A DNA stretch of 32,000 nucleotides from Aeropyrum pernix K1 (GTDB lineage: Archaea; Thermoproteota; Thermoprotei_A; Sulfolobales; Acidilobaceae), in the NCBI RefSeq assembly GCF_000011125.1, contig NC_000854.2, forward strand, positions 1,260,001-1,292,000, written 5' to 3'. The notes beneath the pieces were generated by a model that searched no databases, was not told where the DNA came from, and worked only from the letters and a program-made list of their open reading frames with translations. Position 1 is the stretch's first letter; each line of letters begins with the position of its first letter. Below are positions 17,299 through 26,068 of the stretch, piece after piece. Both the position numbers and the translations under genes were made by a program.

Positions 17299-18486
17299 CT
17301 TGCAATTCTATCTCGGAGATTCCTCCGGAGCCTCGGCTGTAACCGAGTCGGCCATACTCACTTGCAATTCTATCTCGGAGATTCTAAGACTAGCTGGATG
17401 GAGGCCATGCTGGGGGCCACCATACTTGCAATTCTATCTCGAAGATTCCCGAGGGTATATGGTTCGACGAAGTCGACAAATGGGCGAGGGCGGCTTGCAA
17501 TTCTATCTCGAAGATTCAGCGGGGTGAGTAGCCGTGCCTTGGGCTGACTGCAGACTATGTCTTGCAATTCTATCTCGAAGATTCACCTAAGCAGCTTCGA
17601 CGTAACCGTGTTCACGTGCAGACTTGCAATTCTATCTCGAAGATTCGGCTCCATGGCTGGGCGGAGAGGGCAAGGTGGAGCTGCTTGCAATTCTATCTCG
17701 AAGATTCGCCAGCCGACTTCCGCCTGCTAGGCCCCTTGGTGGGGTCTGCTTGCAATTCTATCTCGAAGATTCTCATAGTCTGGGGGTTCTGGTTCCTCCT
17801 AGGCGTCATAACTTGCAATTCTATCTCGAAGATTCTAGACGGAACTAGCGCGCTGAGGATCGAGCCACTCTTCAGGGTAGCTTGCAATTCTATCTCGAAG
17901 ATTCATTCTCTGGCTACCTCTTCGAGCGCTTCCTTCGCCTCTTTATCCACCCTTGCAATTCTATCTCGAAGATTCCTCTTATATATTTAATCAGTATAAC
18001 CCTGACAAGCTCACTTGCAATTCTATCTCGAAGATTCCCTCTAGTGAGCGTGGAAATTCCCAAAACACCATCAGACTCTTGCAATTCTATCTCGAAGATT
18101 CGCGTATGGGGAGCGGGCTGGGCCCGCGGTCATGCTTGCGCTCTTGCAATTCTATCTCGAAGATTCCCAGGCACTTGTGTTAAGGTTCTCGAAGCTGAGG
18201 ATAGCTTGCAATTCTATCTCGAAGATTCGATTCGCCCAACTGGGCGTGGAAGCGGCTCGGCGCCTTCGTCCTTGCAATTCTATCTCGAAGATTCCAGCAC
18301 GGTCAGCTGGAGAGGCCAGTAGAGGGGGCCGAGCAGCTTGCAATTCTATCTCGAAGATTCCTGTAGGGCTAGGATCGAGAGGTTCAGCAAGATGGTGTCT
18401 TGCAATTCTATCTCGAAGATTCGAGAGGCTGGGCCTCACTGGTAGGGTCGTTATAGTTTCCGCTTGCAATTCTATCTCGAAGATTC
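17299..18486 (-). CRISPR. CRISPR array, 19 repeats of 24 nt and 18 spacers of 37-47 nt; plus-strand repeat CTTGCAATTCTATCTCGAAGATTC (reverse GAATCTTCGAGATAGAATTGCAAG)
   Basis: Repeats start at 17299, 17361, 17425, 17494, 17561, 17623, 17684, 17749, 17812, 17881, 17952, 18014, 18078, 18143, 18205, 18271, 18337, 18399, 18463. The first two carry CTCGGAG instead of CTCGAAG, suggesting the trailer is on the left and leader/transcription comes from the right. Confidence 0.98.
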
Positions 18487-18780
18487 TGCACATGGTTTTG
18501 TTGGTGTGTGTTGTAGTATCCACACCCGATACTATATTCCATACCACACCCTGCCATCCCGGGGGCGGGGTCGTAGCCAACTCTATCACATAGATAAACC
18601 CCCGGCCCCCGGGGCTTACCACACCGGCCCCCGGCCTGTGCCGGGGGCCTCGCCATAAGGGGGGTTCACACAGGGCCTAATAACTTTTACCCACGAGATA
18701 AGAGTATATACTCCCCCAGATTGGGGGGAAAACATTGAGATACAAAAACAACCACACACAAAAATATATACAACAGGAGA
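18487..18780 (-). promoter_or_regulatory. Candidate CRISPR leader region
   Basis: Non-coding region adjoining the conserved-repeat end of the array; includes AT-rich, TATA-like stretches (GAGTATATACTC). Boundaries approximate. Confidence 0.45.
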
Positions 18781-18859
18781 GGGGGTCCCAACCAAACCTA
18801 ATAAACACTACCCCAATCTAAACGTATATACATCACCACGGAAGAGGGGAATATGGGAA

Positions 18860-20023
18860 ATGGGGGCTAGTCTTTGGGGCTGTCGGGATGCTAAGGGTTT
18901 TCCCAGGCGGTCTTCCACGTTTTGGAGGGGGTATCCTGTTTTGGGTGTTAGTGACGTCTTTGCCGTGTCAGGCGCCCTGGAGGTCGTGTTAGAAGGTGTG
19001 GCAGGGAAGGGTGTTATGGCGGTGGTTTATGGTTCTACGAGGACCTCAACTATACCGGGTATAAGCATAGCAGGTCCAAGCCCCGAGGCCACTCTCTATA
19101 CCCCCACTCTTGATATAGAGTACCTCGTTGCTGGCAGGCCTTTGACCCTGGACGTTGTTCCGGTGTCGCCTGAGGGTGTCCCCACACCTGCTGTCATTAC
19201 GAGGGCTGTAGCTAGAGCGTTCAACATACCGTTACTCCCTGTCGACGCGGGCTCGTGGACGGAGGCTCGCGTCCCACACGCCAAACTACCAAGCAGGGTT
19301 ACCGGGGGCAGGATAGACGTGGAGCCGGGGCTGCCCAGTGGCGCGTCGGAGAGGCTCTTCAGGGAGGCTTACATGCTGGGGAGCAGCTTAGCCAGAGGGC
19401 TCGACTGGATTGCGGTGGGGGAGTCCATACCAGGCGGCACCACCGTGGCAGCAGCTGTCATGGAGGCCTTGGGGTATAGGGCGGCGGATCTTGTCAGCAG
19501 CTCGGGCAAGGATAACCCGAGGGAGCTTAAGAAGCGCGTCGTCGCCCAAGCCCTCTCACGCCTCAGAGAATGCGGAGCCCGGGATGTCCTGGAGATCGTG
19601 GACTGCGTCGGCGACCCGGTGCACGTATCCATAGCCGGCCTTGCGGTGGGTGCTCGGGAAGCAGGTGCCTTCGTCATACTAGCCGGTGGCACTCAGATGG
19701 GGGCTGTGCTGGCCATACTATCCAGGCTGGGTATGCTGGATCCCCGTTCAACGGCTGTTGCAACCACGAAATGGATAGCTCTAGACCGCGGCTCCAGCAT
19801 CCGGGGTATAGTAGAGTCCATAGCACCCGGGCTGACAGTAGCCGCCGCGGGCTTCTCCCTAGAGGGGAGCAGGTATAGGGGGCTAAGGATGTACGAGGAA
19901 GGCTATGCTAAAGAGGGGGTTGGAGCCGGCGGGTCGCTAGTCATCAGCCTGCTGAGAGGGGCCGGAGTGCGCGAGATACTGGAGGCTGTTGAGTCTGAGT
20001 ATGGCAGGCTGCTGGGGGGCTAG
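18860..20023 (+). CDS. cobT: Archaeal CobT: nicotinate mononucleotide-dependent (dimethylbenzimidazole) phosphoribosyltransferase-like
   Basis: GGTTVAAAVMEALGY, LEIVDCVGDPVHVSIAGLAVGAREAGAFVILAGGTQMGAVLAI, GEGVGAGG-like C-terminus KEGVGAGGSLV. Confidence 0.9.
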   Translation: MGASLWGCRDAKGFPRRSSTFWRGYPVLGVSDVFAVSGALEVVLEGVAGKGVMAVVYGSTRTSTIPGISIAGPSPEATLYTPTLDIEYLVAGRPLTLDVVPVSPEGVPTPAVITRAVARAFNIPLLPVDAGSWTEARVPHAKLPSRVTGGRIDVEPGLPSGASERLFREAYMLGSSLARGLDWIAVGESIPGGTTVAAAVMEALGYRAADLVSSSGKDNPRELKKRVVAQALSRLRECGARDVLEIVDCVGDPVHVSIAGLAVGAREAGAFVILAGGTQMGAVLAILSRLGMLDPRSTAVATTKWIALDRGSSIRGIVESIAPGLTVAAAGFSLEGSRYRGLRMYEEGYAKEGVGAGGSLVISLLRGAGVREILEAVESEYGRLLGG

Positions 20024-20026
20024 GTA

Positions 20027-21112
20027 TTGAACGGGGGTTTGCTAGAATGGGCGAGATACTATGCTGACCGGGATGCTCTAGTGGTTAAGCTATCAACCCC
20101 GCTACGCGTAGTCACAACCCTCCCCCACCAGCCAGGCAGGACGGGATATATTGTGTTTAAAAAGGTGCCGGAGAGCTTCAGGTGCGACAGCATAGCATCC
20201 TTCTACAGGCGGGTTAGAAGGAGCATGGGCCTCCGGGAGGCGGTGGTTTTCCTGACAGCGGCCGAGGTGGACAGGCCTCTCCACGAGGTTATAGACGAGC
20301 CTGAGACCCACATAATAGCCACTGTAGGGCTTAAGCCCCCCGCCTGCCCGGGTGGGACAGCAGGGGCACCACGCCCCGGTACCATAAACATAGCCGTAGC
20401 CACGTCGGCAGGCCTTTCACGAGCGGGGGCTATAGACCTTCTGAGGGTTGTGGCCGAGGCCAAAGCTGCGGCCGCCGCCGAAGCCCTACTCCCCTGCCTC
20501 CACAGGGCCACCGGCACCGCTACAGACGCTATAGCAGTCCTCCACACGCCGGGAGCCACGGATTTCTCAGGCTTTTACACCCGCCTCGGGGGGCTAGTGG
20601 GGAGGTCGCTCTACTTTGCCCTTGTTGACGCCGCTGTTGCGAGGCGAGGGCCCGACAGCCTACTCCGGGCGTTGACGGGTATGAGCATGGAGGGGCTTCT
20701 CGAGCTGTTCAGGAGGGTTTACATGCAGTCCCCAATACCCGGCGTGCCCGTCGAGGAGGCGTTAGGTAGGGCAGGGAGGATGCTGGAGAGGATGATGAGG
20801 GACCCCAACGTGGCAGCCCTCCTAATCGCGGCCAGGGAGCTAGACTTACACGGCTCAGCGGGAGCCATACCGGGGTTGAGCAGGAGCGGCTACAAGGGTG
20901 ATTCGAAGGCTATAGTGGCCGACGAGCTGCTCGCCGCAGCACTGGCCGAGTACTTAGCCGGGTTCAAAGGCCTGCTCGCCACGATATGGGTTGAGAAGCT
21001 TAAATCGATGGGGCTGGCGGACGCTGGCCTCCCCATGTTCATGGACGACATGGTGTCTGCGGTAGTGGGCTCTCTAGTGTCGCGGCTGCACGACGAGGTG
21101 AGGGAGGGTTGA
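20027..21112 (+). CDS. cbiZ: CbiZ adenosylcobinamide amidohydrolase fused to a C-terminal CobZ/PgpA-like phosphatase domain
   Basis: N-terminal AVVFLTAAEVDRPLHEV, IIATVGLKPPACPG...GTINIAVATSAGLSRAGAIDLLRVVAEAKAAAAAEALL, TGTATDAIAVLH; C-terminal DELLAAALAEYLAGFKGLLATIWVEKLKSMGLADAGLPMFMDDMVSAVVGSLVSRL. Confidence 0.83.
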   Translation: MNGGLLEWARYYADRDALVVKLSTPLRVVTTLPHQPGRTGYIVFKKVPESFRCDSIASFYRRVRRSMGLREAVVFLTAAEVDRPLHEVIDEPETHIIATVGLKPPACPGGTAGAPRPGTINIAVATSAGLSRAGAIDLLRVVAEAKAAAAAEALLPCLHRATGTATDAIAVLHTPGATDFSGFYTRLGGLVGRSLYFALVDAAVARRGPDSLLRALTGMSMEGLLELFRRVYMQSPIPGVPVEEALGRAGRMLERMMRDPNVAALLIAARELDLHGSAGAIPGLSRSGYKGDSKAIVADELLAAALAEYLAGFKGLLATIWVEKLKSMGLADAGLPMFMDDMVSAVVGSLVSRLHDEVREG

Positions 21113-21660
21113 TAGACTGCCTGGTGATGGCGGGAGGCCAGGGCGCTAGGATGGGTTTCAGGGAGAAGCCTCTCCTAAGCGTGTGCGGCCAGCCCATGCT
21201 GCTACGGGTCCTCAGCGCTCTCCGCATGGCGTGTAGGCGTATCGCCATAGTATATTCGAGGCACACTCCCGGAGTCAAGCGTCTCTGCCTCTCCGGCGCC
21301 TTGGGGGCTGTCGAGTGTATAGAGGGGCCGGGCAGCTATGTAAAGGACCTGAGGCTAGGATTCTCCCATATCTCAACCCCTCTCCTCGTAGCCCCTGCGG
21401 ACATGCCGTTCCTCAACCCACATCATCTAAACCTATTCATCGACAGGGCCCTGGCCGATGGGGCGTCCATAGTGAACCTATCGCTCCGGGGTAGGGGGCT
21501 GACCGGGCTGAGCGTTTTCAAACATCATAGAGGCTGGTGGAGAGATGTGGAGACGAATGGGTGTTGGGCTCTGGACGTCGACACTTGGGAGGACTTCAGG
21601 AGGGCTGGAGAGCTTTGCGGGGGAGAGTGCACGGGGGAAGGCCTCCGCCTGGAGCTCTAG
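21109..21660 (+). CDS. cobY: Adenosylcobinamide-phosphate guanylyltransferase (CobY)
   Basis: CLVMAGGQGARMGFREKPLLSVCGQPML nucleotidyltransferase motif and APADMPFLNPHHL; TTG start overlapping upstream stop. Confidence 0.85.
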   Translation: MIDCLVMAGGQGARMGFREKPLLSVCGQPMLLRVLSALRMACRRIAIVYSRHTPGVKRLCLSGALGAVECIEGPGSYVKDLRLGFSHISTPLLVAPADMPFLNPHHLNLFIDRALADGASIVNLSLRGRGLTGLSVFKHHRGWWRDVETNGCWALDVDTWEDFRRAGELCGGECTGEGLRLEL

Positions 21661-22691
21661 ATCTGAGTAGCCCCTCAAACCCCCTGGGCCCCCCGCCCAG
21701 GGTGGACAACATTATCCTAGAGGCTGTTGAAAGGGGCGTCCACACACGCTATCCAGACTACGAGTATCTGGGTTTTAGAGAGGCCGTGGCGGGCTTCTAT
21801 AGGATCGACCTGGAGCGGGTTATACCCTTGAACGGTGCAGCCGAGATACTGCCCCTGGCGGCAGCAGCTCTAAGGCCCCGGTCTATAGTGGTTGTCGAGC
21901 CTAACTTCGGCGACCACACTATCCTAGCCCTCTCAGCTGGCATACCGTGCCACTCGGTCCAGCTAAGGGAGGCTGGAGACCGCTTCTCACTGGAGCCTGG
22001 CGCGGTGTGTAGCCTGCCCCGGAGCGTGGTAGAGGGTTCTCTCATTGTGCTGTCCAATCCAAACAACCCCACAGGCTCGGCCGCTGCGAGGGGTGATCTC
22101 AGGGAGCTTGCTGCCTGCGCCACATTGAGGGGTGCCCTAGCTGTGGTGGTCGACGAGTCTTTTGCAGACCTATCCAGGGTCGAGAGTGTGCTGGGGAGTG
22201 TCCCCGAAGGTGTTATCGTCGCCAGGAGCTTGACCAAGACGCTCGCGCTTCAGGGCCTCCGCATAGGCTTCGCCTACACCGATGATGCAGCGCTGGCGGC
22301 GAGGCTGGATATGGCTAGGCAGCCCTGGAACGTGAACAGCATTGCGGCGTTGCTTGTGGAGAGGCTCTTGGGTGATATGGCCTCCGAGGTCAAGGGCCAT
22401 ATAGCGCGTGCCATCGAGGCTATTGAAGGGTTGAAGCCGAGGCTATATAGTGCAGTCTCGGCGTTAGGGGCGAAGCCGTACTCCTCGCAAGCCCCCTTCA
22501 TACTGGTGAGGCACCGCCGGAGGAACCCGCTGTTTGCCAGATGCCTTCTTGAGGCCGCCGGAGTCTATATTAGGGACGCGTCGTCTTTCAGACACCTCAC
22601 TCCATACCACTCGAGAATATCTGTGGCTCCAGGTGTCGAGAGGCTGGAGAGGCTTCAGGAGGCGATACTGGATTGCCTCTCGGGGGGTTGA
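21627..22691 (+). CDS. cobD: PLP-dependent threonine-phosphate decarboxylase / histidinol-phosphate aminotransferase-like (CobD); ORF track start 21537 likely too long
   Basis: YPDYEYLGFREAVAGFY, LSNPNNPTG, VVVDESFADL, VARSLTKTLALQGLRIGFAY. GTG at 21627 precedes HGGRPPPGALDLSSPSNPLGPP, a normal family N-terminus. Confidence 0.85.
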   Translation: MHGGRPPPGALDLSSPSNPLGPPPRVDNIILEAVERGVHTRYPDYEYLGFREAVAGFYRIDLERVIPLNGAAEILPLAAAALRPRSIVVVEPNFGDHTILALSAGIPCHSVQLREAGDRFSLEPGAVCSLPRSVVEGSLIVLSNPNNPTGSAAARGDLRELAACATLRGALAVVVDESFADLSRVESVLGSVPEGVIVARSLTKTLALQGLRIGFAYTDDAALAARLDMARQPWNVNSIAALLVERLLGDMASEVKGHIARAIEAIEGLKPRLYSAVSALGAKPYSSQAPFILVRHRRRNPLFARCLLEAAGVYIRDASSFRHLTPYHSRISVAPGVERLERLQEAILDCLSGG

Positions 22692-23458
22692 AGAGCCTGG
22701 CTAGCCTGCTTACGGCCTTGCCCCTAGGGGGCGGGAGCCTTGACGAGGCAGCCCGCAGCTTCTACCTCGTACCCCTGCTGGCCTTGGCTGTAGGGGCTGC
22801 CTCAGCCTCCCCCTCCGCACTAGCCGTGGAGGCTGGGGTGGGCTATATTGCTGGGGGCGCCGTCTACACGCTAGCATACATACTTCTGACGGGAGGCATC
22901 CACATGGACGGCCTGGCTGACTACAGCGACGTACTAGGCTCGAGGGCTAGCGGTGGAGAAGCCCTGAGGATACTCAAGGACCCGCGGAAGGGGGCTTTCG
23001 CCGCTCTAGCCCTCTCCCTAGCCATCGCCCTTTCCATAGTGTTCCCGGGGGAGGTTCTGAGGCTGTCCAGCCCCGGAGCCTTCATAATCCTGGCCGCCTC
23101 CTCCCACTCCGGGGCAGCCGCGTCTATGTATATGCTCCTGGCGGCCGGGCCTCCAGAGCCCTATAGGGGTATGGCCAGGGCCTTCTCCCTCGAGGCTAGG
23201 GGGCGTGTTGCCCTCTTCGCAGCTACATCCACCGCCTCTGCTACGGCCTCCTCAGCCGCTCTAGCCCTCTACGGCTACCCGTGGTGGCTGGTTCCTCTAC
23301 AGTGGCTTTCATCGCTGGCCACGGGTGTATGGGTGCTCCGCAGCGCCAGGTCCACCTTGGGGTATGTTAACGGCGATGTGGCCGGTTTCTGCTTCGAGGC
23401 TTCCAGGATAGCCTCTATCGTCGCCACGGCTCTTGCACTGGGTGTTGCTGGTGTTTGA
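22673..23458 (+). CDS. cobS: Cobalamin synthase (adenosylcobinamide-GDP ribazoletransferase, CobS)
   Basis: Polytopic membrane protein with LTGGIHMDGLADYSDVLGSRASGGEALRILKDPRKGAFAA. Confidence 0.9.
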   Translation: MPLGGLKSLASLLTALPLGGGSLDEAARSFYLVPLLALAVGAASASPSALAVEAGVGYIAGGAVYTLAYILLTGGIHMDGLADYSDVLGSRASGGEALRILKDPRKGAFAALALSLAIALSIVFPGEVLRLSSPGAFIILAASSHSGAAASMYMLLAAGPPEPYRGMARAFSLEARGRVALFAATSTASATASSAALALYGYPWWLVPLQWLSSLATGVWVLRSARSTLGYVNGDVAGFCFEASRIASIVATALALGVAGV

Positions 23459-24413
23459 GTGGCTAGCCAGAGCCCTATACCCGGAGCCTGAGGTCCTGGC
23501 GGCAGGCCTGGCCGTAGGCCTTATGCTCGACCTAGCGTACCCGGAGCACCGGGGCCTAGCCCTGAAACTCCATCCTGTACACACCTCATACATTATGGCT
23601 CTCAGGCTGGTCAGGCCTGGGGCCGGGAGGGCCTGGGGAGCGGCTATCTGGCTTCTAACCATATCGTCCCACATGATGGTCTACGCCTCCCTGCTGGCGG
23701 CCTCTTACCTGGTGCATCCAGCCCTCCACACGCTCGCTGTAGGTGTGATAGTGAAGCTCTCAATGCCACTTAGACTCCTCCTCGACACGTGCATCAAAGC
23801 CTCCCGCATGGCGGCTGCTGGCCGTGTGGAGTGTTCAAGGAGGCTTGTGCAGGGTATTGTAAGGAGAGACCTCTCGGGAGAGCCTCTAGGGAGGGTGCTC
23901 TCGGCCTGTATAGAGAGCACGGCGGAGAGCCTGGTGGACGGCTATACATCGCCGCTGACATACTACATTCTCCTAGGCCCGCTGGGAGCCCTACTGCAGA
24001 GGCTGTCAAACACTCTCGACGGGGCCGTCGGCTTCAAAACCCCCCTCCTATATAGGCAAGGCTGGTTCTCGGCGAAGGCTGATACCCTGCTCAACTTCAT
24101 ACCTGCCAGGCTGACTGCAGTTATGGTGGCGTTAGCTGCTCCTCTGGCTGGAGCAAGCACGCTCGGCTCCCTTAGGTGTATCGCCAGGTGCGCCAGGCTG
24201 CTGGAGAGCGTCAACGCTGGCTACCCCATATCAGCCTTCGCCGGAGCGCTGGACGTAAGGCTTGAGAAGAAGGGCTTCTACATTGTAAACGGTGGAGCAC
24301 CCTATCCCGGGTGGAGGGATGGCCTAAAAGCTTCAAGGCTGGCGGTGTCTGCGGCGAGCCTGTACACAGTGCTCGCCGCCCTGGCCATTGCCCTTGGAGG
24401 TGGAGCGGGTTGA
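23433..24413 (+). CDS. cbiB: Adenosylcobinamide-phosphate synthase CbiB
   Basis: AVGLMLDLAYPEHRGLALKLHPVHT and IVRRDLSGEPLGRVLSACIESTAESLVDGYTSPLTYYILLGPLGALLQRLSNTLDGAVGFKT. Confidence 0.9.
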   Translation: MHWVLLVFEWLARALYPEPEVLAAGLAVGLMLDLAYPEHRGLALKLHPVHTSYIMALRLVRPGAGRAWGAAIWLLTISSHMMVYASLLAASYLVHPALHTLAVGVIVKLSMPLRLLLDTCIKASRMAAAGRVECSRRLVQGIVRRDLSGEPLGRVLSACIESTAESLVDGYTSPLTYYILLGPLGALLQRLSNTLDGAVGFKTPLLYRQGWFSAKADTLLNFIPARLTAVMVALAAPLAGASTLGSLRCIARCARLLESVNAGYPISAFAGALDVRLEKKGFYIVNGGAPYPGWRDGLKASRLAVSAASLYTVLAALAIALGGGAG

Positions 24414-25366
24414 GCTGGAGCTTATGCAGGGGGTATGCATTGAGGCTTGCAGAAATAGTGGCTAGAGAGTCGAGGGGGTGCGGATGTATAACACTCTCCG
24501 GCGGGATAGACACTAGCTTCGTAGCCGCGGTACACCCTAAAAGGAGGGTGCTAAGGGCGTTCACCGTGGATCTGGGTGGGAGTGACGTTCGCTACGCCAG
24601 GCTTGCGGCGGAGAGGCTGGGTTTAAAGGACCATATCATAGTTAATCCCGGTCTCGACGATTTCTCCAAAGCTGTTGACTGGGTCTTAAGATCCATGGAG
24701 GTTATAGACCCGGTCGAGGTAGCAGCCTCGTCGATACACTATATAGCCCTTTCAGCGGCGGCGGGGGAGGGCTGCGGCTGCGTCCTGTCTGGCGATGGCG
24801 GCGACGAGCTCTTCCTAGGCTATAGCTTCCTGCTAGACAAGAGTATTGGGTATCTGGAGGAGTGGAGGAGGCGTATGGCGAGGGAGGCGAGGCTACCCAC
24901 AGTAGAGGTTGCCAGGATGCTTGGAGTAGACGTCATAGCCCCTCTCTACAGCCGGGAGTCTAGGAGGCTGGCGCTTGAGACGCCGTTGGAGTGTCTTGTC
25001 AAGGGTAGATGGGGTAAGTGGATGATCAGGATGCTGCTAGACGAGCTAGGCTTGAGGGAGATAGCATTCAGAGATAAAGCCCCCGTGACAGAGGGGTCCG
25101 GATCTCTGGCGGCCCTAAAGTCCCTGGCTACAGCCATGGGGGGCGGCGAGGGAGCAGGAGCCGGGCTGGACTTCAACCCTCCTACTATGCTACACTCTTT
25201 CCTTGCCCACAGGCTCAAGAACCTCAAGGGCCGCCTCCCCCCGAAGGCCTCGCAGGAGAAAAGAGCGTGCCCAGTCTGTGGAAGAGAGCTTAGGAGGGGG
25301 TGGTGCAGGTTCTGCGGAGCTACCGTCTCACCCCAAGGCGTTGCTACACACTATACTGGTGATTAG
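24410..25366 (+). CDS. Asparagine synthase-like PP-loop protein without glutaminase domain, with C-terminal zinc ribbon; ORF track start 24311 likely too long
   Basis: LSGGIDTSFVAAV (PP-loop), LSGDGGDELFLGYSFL, KAPVTEGSG; C-terminal CPVCGRELRRGWCRFCG. TTG at 24410 overlaps the cbiB stop. Confidence 0.82.
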   Translation: MSWSLCRGYALRLAEIVARESRGCGCITLSGGIDTSFVAAVHPKRRVLRAFTVDLGGSDVRYARLAAERLGLKDHIIVNPGLDDFSKAVDWVLRSMEVIDPVEVAASSIHYIALSAAAGEGCGCVLSGDGGDELFLGYSFLLDKSIGYLEEWRRRMAREARLPTVEVARMLGVDVIAPLYSRESRRLALETPLECLVKGRWGKWMIRMLLDELGLREIAFRDKAPVTEGSGSLAALKSLATAMGGGEGAGAGLDFNPPTMLHSFLAHRLKNLKGRLPPKASQEKRACPVCGRELRRGWCRFCGATVSPQGVATHYTGD

Positions 25367-25369
25367 AGA

Positions 25370-26068
25370 TTGGGCGGGAAAACTGTGGTCTCGTGGAGCG
25401 GCGGCAAGGACTCCTCCCTAACCATATACTCCCTTTACCGCATGGGTTTCGACGTTGAAGGCGTGCTTGTTACAGTAGACTCCACCTCCAAGCGTGTGAC
25501 AGGCCACCGCGTACCTCTTGAGGCTGTAGAGGCTCAAGCGCGTGCGGCTGGTCTAGAGCTTCACATAGCCTGGCTTCCAGGGGATCTACCCAGCGAGGAG
25601 GTCTACCGCTCCATAGTCCTTGAAACACTTAGGGAGCTTAGGATGAAGGGATATAGGTACATAGGGCACGGAGACGTCTTTCTCTGGGACATGATAGAGT
25701 ATAAGAGGAGGCTGGCTGAGAAGGCCGGTCTAGAGGCTGTATACCCGCTTGTAGGCTTCGGCTCGCGGGGTGTTGTCGAGGCTTTCTTCACGCTGGGCTT
25801 CGAAGCCTTGGTTGTCTCAGTCGACACTGCCAGGCTTCCCGGTTGGCTGGCCTGCAGCAGGTTTTCCAGGGAGTTTGTGGAGAACCTGCCGTCAACGGTA
25901 GACGTTGCGGGGGAGTACGGCGAGTTCCACACGCTCGTGTATAACGCGCCCTTTTTCCAAGAGCCTCTGAGGCCCAGTGTTGCAGGTGTTTATAGGGAGG
26001 GGTGGAGAAGCCTGTGCGAGGTTAGCCTGGGCCCTTGGAGGCGTGGAGCCTCGCTATCTCATCCATAG
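25370..26068 (+). CDS. ATP-pyrophosphatase, Dph6 (diphthine-ammonia ligase)-like
   Basis: VVSWSGGKDSSLTIYSLYRMGFDVEGVLV, GYRYIGHGDVFLWDMIEYKRRLAEKAGLEAVYPL, AGEYGEFHTLVYNAPFF. Confidence 0.83.
   Translation: MGGKTVVSWSGGKDSSLTIYSLYRMGFDVEGVLVTVDSTSKRVTGHRVPLEAVEAQARAAGLELHIAWLPGDLPSEEVYRSIVLETLRELRMKGYRYIGHGDVFLWDMIEYKRRLAEKAGLEAVYPLVGFGSRGVVEAFFTLGFEALVVSVDTARLPGWLACSRFSREFVENLPSTVDVAGEYGEFHTLVYNAPFFQEPLRPSVAGVYREGWRSLCEVSLGPWRRGASLSHP

Noticed and set aside
17300-18622. ORFs such as 17562..17990, 17882..18322, 18132..18593 and 18152..18622 with repeated LQFYLEDS / IFEIELQA peptides
   Set aside because: These are translations through CRISPR repeats and spacers; the repeating peptide is the repeat sequence, not a repeat protein.
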